The position numbers and the translations under genes are program-made. From Vibrio phage PG216: a stretch of DNA of 32,000 bases. The notes below the pieces were generated by a model that was not told the origin of the DNA, ran no database searches, and worked only from the letters and a program-made list of their open reading frames with translations. Position 1 is the stretch's first letter. Each line of letters starts with the position of its first letter. This document shows, in pieces, positions 25,756-32,000 of this stretch. Location: the sequence record OR538032.1; one strand, 5' to 3'.

Positions 25756-26265
25756 CTATTCATCATCTTCGGCGTAACCATACTTGTTGTTATCAAAGTC
25801 ACAACGCGGGTTATGCAAGAAACTCTTTCTATAAATCTTCTCTAAATCACTCTTCTTAGCGTTGTCTGGGTACTTAATACCAAGACTGTCCAGGTGTTCC
25901 TTTTGCTCTTGTAGCTTCAAACGACTGAAGATCTTAGTTTGGTCTTTCGGATGTTGTGGATGATAATCATTATCTGAGTAATCGGCTTCTAGGTAATCAA
26001 CGAGATTACGCAACCACTGAACGTAATTGATTCCACGACCCTTCAAACCAGAGCGAGTGAACTTGTGAATAACAACACCTTCGTAAGTGTTGCACGCACG
26101 ACAAAGAACGCCACGGATATGCCCAGTATTATGGTCATGATCAGTATGCGGTGTGCTCTTCTCTTCACTCAGTTTCGTCCCACATAACACACAACGGTCA
26201 AGTTGGCTCATGATGAGTTCGTTGCGGCATTCGGTCAGTTCTGATTGTTTTAATTGCTTGCTCAT
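25756..26265 (-). CDS. 49: Recombination endonuclease VII (T4 gp49-like)
   Basis: CVLCGTKL...HTDHDHNTGHIRGVLCRACN...HKFTRSGLKGRGINYVQWLRNLVDYLEADY. Confidence 0.93.
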   Translation of the reverse strand: MSKQLKQSELTECRNELIMSQLDRCVLCGTKLSEEKSTPHTDHDHNTGHIRGVLCRACNTYEGVVIHKFTRSGLKGRGINYVQWLRNLVDYLEADYSDNDYHPQHPKDQTKIFSRLKLQEQKEHLDSLGIKYPDNAKKSDLEKIYRKSFLHNPRCDFDNNKYGYAEDDE

Positions 26266-26285
26266 GTATTTTTCTCAAAAAGTTA

Positions 26286-26314
26286 TTGACTATACTCTTG
26301 TTTATATGTACAAT
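26286..26314 (+). promoter_or_regulatory. Promoter TTGACT-N17-TACAAT
   Basis: -35 26286-26291; -10 26309-26314; divergent intergenic region. Confidence 0.6.
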
Positions 26315-26344
26315 GAGAAGGCAAATTCGTATAAGGAATATAAC

Positions 26345-26599
26345 ATGGCAGCAAGACTATTAAGACAACGACTTGAAACACTCGCGTTGTGTGAGTTTAG
26401 TCAAGTTGAAGTGCGATACTTCGAAAACGGTAGCGAACGCTACAAAACACCCGAACTGACATTCGATGTAGATGCGAATTCAGCAATCATTGTAATGTCA
26501 GACTCAGCCGGTCGAGTTGAATACTCAGACACTGAGATTGAAAAACAAATCGCGAGTCTTGAAGAACTCGCACATCGTGAACGCTTTTTAGGAATTTAA
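26345..26599 (+). CDS. Hypothetical protein
   Basis: ATG at 26345 (MAARLLRQRLETLAL...), downstream of promoter. Confidence 0.7.
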   Translation: MAARLLRQRLETLALCEFSQVEVRYFENGSERYKTPELTFDVDANSAIIVMSDSAGRVEYSDTEIEKQIASLEELAHRERFLGI

Positions 26600-26608
26600 G
26601 GTAAATTT

Positions 26609-27616
26609 ATGAGCTTTGTGAAATACACATCATTAGAAAACAGCTACCGTCAAGCATTCGTAGACAAATGCGACATGCTTGGCGTTCGCGAGTGGGTAGC
26701 ACTTGAGAAGATTCATGGTGCAAACTTCAGTTTCATCGTCGAGTTCAAGCCGAATGAAGCACAAGACGGCGCAGAATTCACTGTAACGCCCGCTAAACGC
26801 ACTTCTACTATCGGTGCTAACGTTATGGGCGATTACGACTTCTACGGCTGTACGAGCGTTGTAGAAGCTCACACAGCGAAGATGGAAGCAATCTCAAACT
26901 GGCTGTGGGCGCGTGGGATCATCAATGTAGGTGAAACAATCATCGTCTACGGTGAACTTGCAGGCAAAGGCGTTCAGAAAGAAGTGAACTACGGTGATAA
27001 AGACTTCTGGGCTTACGACATCTTGCTGCCTGAAACAGGCAAGTTTCTAGATTGGGATGTCGTGCTCGAAGCGTGTGAGTTTGCAAAAGTCAAGACGACT
27101 CACGAAATTGCTCGTGGCACACTCGATGAACTACTTCGAATTGACCCCCTCTTCAGAAGCTTTCACACGCCCGCTGACGTTGACGGTGATAATGTAGCAG
27201 AAGGGTTCGTTGTTAAGCAATTACGCAATGAGAAACGCTTACACAACGGTTCTCGTGCAATTCTGAAGGTCAAGAACGATAAGTTCAAAGAGAAAAAGAA
27301 CAAAGCAGGTAAAACTCCGCGTGCTGCTGTTGTTCTTACTGAAGAGCAAGAGAAACTACACGCTGCGTTTAGCTGCTACTTAACGGAAAACCGTTTACGC
27401 AACGTGCTAAGTAAGCTTGAGACTGTGACACAAAAGCAGTTCGGGATGATCAGCGGTTTATTCATCAAAGACGCCAAAGATGAGTTTGAGCGTGACGAAC
27501 TCAACGAAACGGCAATTGCTCGTGATGATTGGGACGTGATCAAGCGTTCACTGACGAATATCGCCAATGAAATTTTACGCAAGAACTGGCTGGATATTCT
27601 AGACGGGAATTTCTAA
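26609..27616 (+). CDS. rnlB: T4 RNA ligase 2-like (Rnl2)
   Basis: KYTSLENSYRQAF, nucleotidyl motif EKIHGANFS, VYGELAGKGVQKEVNYGDKDFWAYDI, EGFVVK. Confidence 0.95.
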   Translation: MSFVKYTSLENSYRQAFVDKCDMLGVREWVALEKIHGANFSFIVEFKPNEAQDGAEFTVTPAKRTSTIGANVMGDYDFYGCTSVVEAHTAKMEAISNWLWARGIINVGETIIVYGELAGKGVQKEVNYGDKDFWAYDILLPETGKFLDWDVVLEACEFAKVKTTHEIARGTLDELLRIDPLFRSFHTPADVDGDNVAEGFVVKQLRNEKRLHNGSRAILKVKNDKFKEKKNKAGKTPRAAVVLTEEQEKLHAAFSCYLTENRLRNVLSKLETVTQKQFGMISGLFIKDAKDEFERDELNETAIARDDWDVIKRSLTNIANEILRKNWLDILDGNF

Positions 27617-27618
27617 AC

Positions 27619-27813
27619 TTGAAAAAGCGTGCGTGGTTCTTTGTATTTTGCGGAATCGGTGCTATAAGCTACTTCGGTGGCTTATTCTTAGCGTCGCTGC
27701 TTATCTCGAAGTCAATCGAAGCATCTATAATGTTCATCGGAATCGTGTTTCTAGCCCTCTTAAATACAATCAGAGCGGGCATCGAAGAAGATGAAAACAA
27801 CAAAGCCCCTTAA
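27619..27813 (+). CDS. Small two-TM membrane protein
   Basis: 64 aa with hydrophobic segments. Confidence 0.65.
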   Translation: MKKRAWFFVFCGIGAISYFGGLFLASLLISKSIEASIMFIGIVFLALLNTIRAGIEEDENNKAP

Positions 27814-27826
27814 TTGGGGCTTTTTT
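27802..27826 (+). terminator. Rho-independent terminator AAAGCCCC-ttaatt-GGGGCTTTTTT
   Basis: 8-bp stem; preceding stop codon lies in the loop. Confidence 0.85.
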
Positions 27827-27840
27827 ATGGGTGAAAGAAA

Positions 27841-28389
27841 ATGGCATTTATGAAAAAAGAGAAAGACGCAAAAGACATTACCGAAGCAGATATGCAGTAC
27901 GCAATTGCAGTACAAAGCGTATGGATTCACAAACGCTACACAGCGATTATTCCAAACTGTTACACCAAATGGGATAATGAAGCTGATCTGTTTGCTATTC
28001 GTCCAAGTGGTCTTTGTGATGAGATTGAAATCAAAGTATCCAAAGCTGATTTTCGAATTGATGAGCAAAAATCAGTAAAGGTCATCGACGAAAGTACACC
28101 AAATCTACGATGGCATCGTTACGAAGACGTTCCAAAACGCACAGCATTGCAAGATGGTAAAATGTCGAACTACTTCTGGTATGCATTCCCTAAAGGGCTT
28201 GTAGACCACTCTGAAGTCCCAGAATGGGCTGGTATAATCGAAGTGGATGGATTTCTGAACGCCAGAGAAGTAAGAATGCCAAAACGTCTGCATGGTGGCA
28301 AGATGACAATCGAAGAGCAACTAAAACAAATCAAGAAACTTGGCTATCGCTTCTGGAATCTGGTTAAAAAGAACAAAAAGGAACAGTGA
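27841..28389 (+). CDS. Possible PD-(D/E)XK nuclease-fold protein
   Basis: NEADLFAIRPSGLCDEIEIKVSKADF pattern (D...E-x-K). Confidence 0.55.
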   Translation: MAFMKKEKDAKDITEADMQYAIAVQSVWIHKRYTAIIPNCYTKWDNEADLFAIRPSGLCDEIEIKVSKADFRIDEQKSVKVIDESTPNLRWHRYEDVPKRTALQDGKMSNYFWYAFPKGLVDHSEVPEWAGIIEVDGFLNAREVRMPKRLHGGKMTIEEQLKQIKKLGYRFWNLVKKNKKEQ

Positions 28390-28411
28390 GGCGGAAAAAT
28401 TCCGCATCATC

Positions 28412-28465
28412 TTAGTAGAATTAGTAGTTTTAGTGAAGTTAGGGATATTAGTAGTATTAGGAGAC
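28412..28465. repeat. Array of six imperfect 9-nt units TTAGNNNNN
   Basis: TTAGTAGAA TTAGTAGTT TTAGTGAAG TTAGGGATA TTAGTAGTA TTAGGAGAC. Confidence 0.8.
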
Positions 28466-28516
28466 TGTCAATGACTTGAAAAAGTTGTTGACAGTCTCCT
28501 TTTTTGATCGTACTAT
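28459..28516 (+). promoter_or_regulatory. 13-bp perfect hairpin AGGAGACTGTCAA/TTGACAGTCTCCT fused to promoter TTGACA-N17-TACTAT
   Basis: Arms 28459-28471 and 28488-28500; -10 28511-28516; T6 run after right arm. Confidence 0.75.
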
Positions 28517-28550
28517 ACAGTCCTTGAAACAAATTATGTGAGTGAAGACT

Positions 28551-29078
28551 ATGAACTTGAGTGAACGTGAAGAAGAGCTAAAAGCATTAGCGATTGACCA
28601 TGTGTGTGACGATGAAGTTGCTGTCACCGTTTCATGCGCTGGTATGAGTAATTACTACACTGTTTGCCCGTCAGAGTTCAAAGACTTTTTGGACAACCAT
28701 GAGGGAACATCTTATGTAGCATTTGAATGGCACAACATCCCAGATGATTTACAAGATGAAGAACTAGACTTCGATGGTCTACTTGCTTGGTTTAATCTAG
28801 ATGAACATGAGCGTGAAATCTGCGAAGCATTGTATGATAATAACGTTTGTATGTCATACGAAGATGCAGCCGAGAAAGTCAGTGACTGTTGGGTATTTGA
28901 AGGCACACGCGAAGACTATGCAAGACATGTAACGTCTGAATTAATGGGTATTCGCTTAGAAGATATGCCTGTCATTGTAAGCAGCAACATCAACTGGGGT
29001 GATGTATTCATCGACCTTGACGCAGAGGGTAGTATCTACGAGATTGGTCGCGACAAATACTTAACAGTACACGGTTAA
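28551..29078 (+). CDS. ArdA-like antirestriction protein (tentative)
   Basis: ATG 28551; acidic; CMSYEDAAEKVSDCWVFEGTREDYARHV...INWGDVFIDLDAEGSIYEIGRDKYLTV resembles the ArdA C-terminal pattern. Confidence 0.45.
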   Translation: MNLSEREEELKALAIDHVCDDEVAVTVSCAGMSNYYTVCPSEFKDFLDNHEGTSYVAFEWHNIPDDLQDEELDFDGLLAWFNLDEHEREICEALYDNNVCMSYEDAAEKVSDCWVFEGTREDYARHVTSELMGIRLEDMPVIVSSNINWGDVFIDLDAEGSIYEIGRDKYLTVHG

Positions 29079-29079
29079 A

Positions 29080-29658
29080 ATGAGTAGCACAAAAGGTAAC
29101 GTTAACAAAGACGATTACTACGCTACGCCAGACTGGATTGTTGAAGAGTTTCTTGAAAATTTCGAGAGACGTATACACACAACTCATCATTTGAGTATGT
29201 CTGCTATGCATGTTCTTGACCCATCATGTGGTGGTTGTTCTGAACACAAAGCAGCATATCCAGTAGCTTACAAGAAATTGTATCATGTCGATATTGACAC
29301 AATGGATATTCGTGAAGACAGTCACGCGCAAATTATCGCGAACTATCTCGAAACTGATGTTCAGAAGAATCATTACGACATGATCATGACGAACCCGCCG
29401 TTCAGCTTATCAGTTGATTTTGCTGAGAAAGCATTGAGTGAAATCAAGAACGGTGGTTATGTCGTCATGCTACAGCGTCTGAACTGGCTAGGTAGTATCA
29501 AAAGAAAGCCTTTCTGGGACACAATGCCCCTGAGAGCAGTGATGGTTCACCATCGTCGACCGTCATTCCATGGTACAAAAGGCACAGACTCGATTGAGTA
29601 CGCGCACTTTGTATTTCAAAAAGGTTACGCAGGTAAAGCAGAGATTATAGTAATATGA
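29080..29658 (+). CDS. Adenine-specific DNA methyltransferase-like protein (Rossmann MTase)
   Basis: MHVLDPSCGG (motif I-like) and YDMIMTNPPFSL (motif IV NPPF). Confidence 0.75.
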   Translation: MSSTKGNVNKDDYYATPDWIVEEFLENFERRIHTTHHLSMSAMHVLDPSCGGCSEHKAAYPVAYKKLYHVDIDTMDIREDSHAQIIANYLETDVQKNHYDMIMTNPPFSLSVDFAEKALSEIKNGGYVVMLQRLNWLGSIKRKPFWDTMPLRAVMVHHRRPSFHGTKGTDSIEYAHFVFQKGYAGKAEIIVI

Positions 29659-29864
29659 TTACTTCAGTTGAAACTTATGAAGGTCTACTAGACACATTCG
29701 AAAAACCACAACCAATGAAAATTGTGACTGGTGAGATTCACTATTCATTATTTGGCATTCCGTTGCTTCGTCGCAAATGCGAACTATTGCTAGAGACTTA
29801 CTTAGTTTCAACTGACTCTATGCTCGGTGATGTTTACATGTGGGACGTGGCAAAACGTTTATGA
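29655..29864 (+). CDS. Hypothetical protein
   Basis: 69 aa ORF overlapping neighbours by 4 nt. Confidence 0.65.
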   Translation: MITSVETYEGLLDTFEKPQPMKIVTGEIHYSLFGIPLLRRKCELLLETYLVSTDSMLGDVYMWDVAKRL

Positions 29865-30238
29865 GAAAATTATTAAGGGAACTTATGTCCAATTTCAAAG
29901 CAAATCTAAAAAGTCGCAGTACAATTAAGATCAATGGTACTGAGTATCACGGTACAAGTGTGACGATCAAAAACGGCAAAGTCGTCGTTGACGGTCGTTT
30001 GCAAGGTGACATTGATGATCGCGTGGTGAACGTGTACATTGATGGTGACTGTACGCTTGTTCAGAACGAGAACGGCAATATTGCATGTCGTAACGTACAA
30101 GGTGACGTGTCAACGACTAATGGCGATATTGAATGTGACGATGTTAACGGTTCAGTATCATCAACGAACGGCGACATTAAATGCTGTGATGTTGGCGGGA
30201 ACGTAAGCACAACCAACGGGGATATTATCCGAAAATGA
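29861..30238 (+). CDS. Beta-solenoid-like repeat protein
   Basis: ATG 29861; repeats CRNVQGDVSTTNGDIE / CDDVNGSVSSTNGDIK / CCDVGGNVSTTNGDII. Confidence 0.7.
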   Translation: MRKLLRELMSNFKANLKSRSTIKINGTEYHGTSVTIKNGKVVVDGRLQGDIDDRVVNVYIDGDCTLVQNENGNIACRNVQGDVSTTNGDIECDDVNGSVSSTNGDIKCCDVGGNVSTTNGDIIRK

Positions 30239-30507
30239 AAGATCAAACTCGAATCAAAGAAGTAATTGACGGCGCGATTGAGAAAATTGAATCACAATCG
30301 ACACAAAGTTTCAGCGTGCAAGAATTTACGCCATGTGATGTTGTCAATTACTTGCAGGAAATCGGCTACGAAGCTCATGAACTTGAGACAAACGGTTGGC
30401 AAGTTGACTTCTGGCAAGATTTCAGCAAAGACGGCTGCAAGACACTTACCTTTTCAGGTAGCTGGTACTTTGGTCAAGCAACCTTGAGTGAGGCATACAA
30501 TGACTAA
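30235..30507 (+). CDS. Hypothetical protein
   Basis: 90 aa ORF overlapping neighbours. Confidence 0.7.
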   Translation: MKDQTRIKEVIDGAIEKIESQSTQSFSVQEFTPCDVVNYLQEIGYEAHELETNGWQVDFWQDFSKDGCKTLTFSGSWYFGQATLSEAYND

Positions 30508-30802
30508 GCAAACAGATTTCTTTGATCGTGAAATCAAAGATGGTGACTTTGTTCTGCGTGCTAAGAACTCAGGTCGTACATATACTATGAGCGTGCTTCA
30601 TGTTGTTGACTTGCCAGACGGTAAGCGCAAGTATCTTGAGCTAAGTCGTTGGGGTGGCAGCGGGATCAGTCGTAATGCTAAATTGCCTTGCGGTAGTTCA
30701 TCTACTATCGTTGAAGCGTCGATTGTTGAAAGAAAATACCCTGAAGCGTATCGCGCTGCATTACAAGAAGCTGAACTTCTTCGCATGCCAATCCCGCAAT
30801 AA
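30500..30802 (+). CDS. Hypothetical protein
   Basis: ATG at 30500 (MTKQTDFFDREIKDGDF...). Confidence 0.7.
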   Translation: MTKQTDFFDREIKDGDFVLRAKNSGRTYTMSVLHVVDLPDGKRKYLELSRWGGSGISRNAKLPCGSSSTIVEASIVERKYPEAYRAALQEAELLRMPIPQ

Positions 30803-30805
30803 TGC

Positions 30806-30833
30806 TTGACACGTGTTGTCAGTCGTGTATAAT
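30806..30833 (+). promoter_or_regulatory. Strong promoter TTGACA-N16-TATAAT
   Basis: -35 30806-30811; -10 30828-30833; precedes rIIA block. Confidence 0.75.
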
Positions 30834-30857
30834 TCTCTGTAAACATAGGAGAGCAAT

Positions 30858-30995
30858 ATGATTGACAACATGATAAAAGACATGATCGAGTCAGAAATTG
30901 ATGTTAACGACATCGTTGATTGTCTAGTTAACCAGTACAACGTATCTCACGATGAAGCACTCGAAGCGATTCACGAGGTACTTAACGAAATGTGA
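30858..30995 (+). CDS. Small acidic protein (not in the supplied ORF track)
   Basis: Read directly: MIDNMIKDMIESEIDVNDIVDCLVNQYNVSHDEALEAIHEVLNEM*; RBS AGGAGAG. Confidence 0.65.
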   Translation: MIDNMIKDMIESEIDVNDIVDCLVNQYNVSHDEALEAIHEVLNEM

Positions 30996-31002
30996 GAAAT
31001 AT

Positions 31003-32000
31003 ATGATTATCCATACCCCTGATAGCACAGTACAAACATCTGGCAAGATGCGCACTGCTGGATTTAATATGAAAGCAAGCGCAAAAGGATTCCGCATCAT
31101 TTCAACAACCCTATACAAAGATCCAATTCTAGCCATTGTACGCGAATTGACGTGTAATGGTTGGGATGCGCATCAAATGAACAAAAATCTCGATACTCCG
31201 ATTCAAGTACACTTACCGAATCAGTTCGAGCCGTGGTTTAGCGTGAAAGACTTCGGTTGTGGCATGAGCGACGATGAAATCTTTGGTGTGTACACGACTG
31301 TGTTTGATTCAACGAAAGATGACTCAAACGACGTGATTGGTGCAATGGGTCTAGGCTCAAAGACGCCATTCAGCTACAACAACGGTCAGTCGTTCACTGT
31401 TAAGTCAACGAAGAATGGTCTGAAGGCTGTTTACTCGGCGTATCTAGACAAAGGTGAACCTGCAATCACATGTATGTCAGAGCCTGCGCCGACTGATGAA
31501 CCAGACGGTGTTGAAGTCATCGTGCCAGTGCGTAAAGAAGACTTCAGTCGCTTTAAAGAAGCTGCAAATCAAGTAATGCCGTACTTTAAAGCACCTGCTG
31601 TTGAGACGAACATCACGCTTTCTGAGCGTAAATTCACTCACATGGACGGTTATTTCACTGAAAATAAGAAGAATTCATGGCGTTCTGGTGATGTCTATGC
31701 AGTAATGGGCAACGTTTGTTATCCGTTGAGCGAAAGTCACATCAAAGACATTCAGCTTGTGCGTAATTACTTCAAGAACTCTGACCTCTTCATTGAGTTT
31801 CCGATTGGTGAGCTAGATGTAAGTGCGTCTCGTGAAGAACTTCACTATGACGATTACACAATTGAAAACATCAACAAGCGTGTGAACTTAATCAACACGA
31901 AGTTCCTCGATGAAGCACAGAAATGGGTCGATGACCAGAAATTCTCGCACATCGGTGATGCGTACCGCGCTTGTGACAATCGCTTCAATGATGTTGTAAT
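31003..32000 (+). CDS. rIIA: rIIA-like protein, N-terminal part (GHKL ATPase-like; continues beyond window)
   Basis: MIIHTPDSTVQTSGKMRTAGFNMKASAKGFRIISTTLYKDPILAIVRELTCNGWDAH, KDFGCGMSDDEIFGVY, IGAMGLGSKTPFSYNN, IEFPIGELDVSASREELH align with T4 rIIA. The frame stays open to the window end. Confidence 0.93.
   Translation, partial: MIIHTPDSTVQTSGKMRTAGFNMKASAKGFRIISTTLYKDPILAIVRELTCNGWDAHQMNKNLDTPIQVHLPNQFEPWFSVKDFGCGMSDDEIFGVYTTVFDSTKDDSNDVIGAMGLGSKTPFSYNNGQSFTVKSTKNGLKAVYSAYLDKGEPAITCMSEPAPTDEPDGVEVIVPVRKEDFSRFKEAANQVMPYFKAPAVETNITLSERKFTHMDGYFTENKKNSWRSGDVYAVMGNVCYPLSESHIKDIQLVRNYFKNSDLFIEFPIGELDVSASREELHYDDYTIENINKRVNLINTKFLDEAQKWVDDQKFSHIGDAYRACDNRFNDVV

Noticed and set aside
25340-25859. 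ORFs 25340..25540 (-), 25404..25613 (+) and 25644..25859 (+)
   Set aside because: Overlap the better-supported acidic protein, the bidirectional terminator and endonuclease VII without any motif.
28412-28465. CRISPR or microsatellite explanation for the TTAG array
   Set aside because: Units are only 9 nt, contiguous, and differ at several positions; not CRISPR-like and not a pure slippage repeat.
1-32000. tRNA genes, CRISPR arrays, IS elements or integrase
   Set aside because: No cloverleaf with conserved TPsiC/anticodon arms, no evenly spaced exact repeats of CRISPR size, and no transposase or integrase motifs were recognised. A tRNAscan-SE/CRISPR finder run would be needed to confirm.

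Overview
The window is a dense, almost entirely rightward gene array from a T4-related (Tevenvirinae-like or more distant) large myovirus. T4 landmarks recognised from protein motifs are gp43 DNA polymerase (C-terminal part), Rnl1 RNA ligase, an i-/o-spanin pair, PseT polynucleotide kinase/phosphatase, dCMP deaminase, a gp31-like cochaperonin, gp49 endonuclease VII (minus strand), Rnl2 RNA ligase and the N-terminal part of rIIA. The most distinctive content is a 7-deazaguanine DNA-modification cluster (about 18.8-24.2 kb). It contains an unusual double-domain QueD-like protein, FolE, a DpdA/TGT-like transglycosylase, a full-length bimodular QueF, QueC and a stand-alone class-II glutamine amidotransferase. 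No QueE is visible in the window. QueF and the amidotransferase suggest competing fates for preQ0 (preQ1 versus G+/archaeosine-like base). Other candidates for closer study are: a tandem pair of paralogous proteins with T4 IP-like capsid-targeting leaders (MKFSEYQ..L/I-x-E), a macro-domain protein next to the RNA-repair genes, a possible ArdA-like antirestriction gene preceded by a 9-nt iterated repeat and a 13-bp hairpin, an NPPF-type methyltransferase-like protein, an HEXXH protein on the minus strand, a beta-solenoid-like repeat protein, and a recurring promoter architecture in which terminator hairpins carry the -35 box and several transcripts begin with a conserved ATCGAAACGA box. All identifications come from reading the sequence and from recalled family motifs. 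No database search was run.
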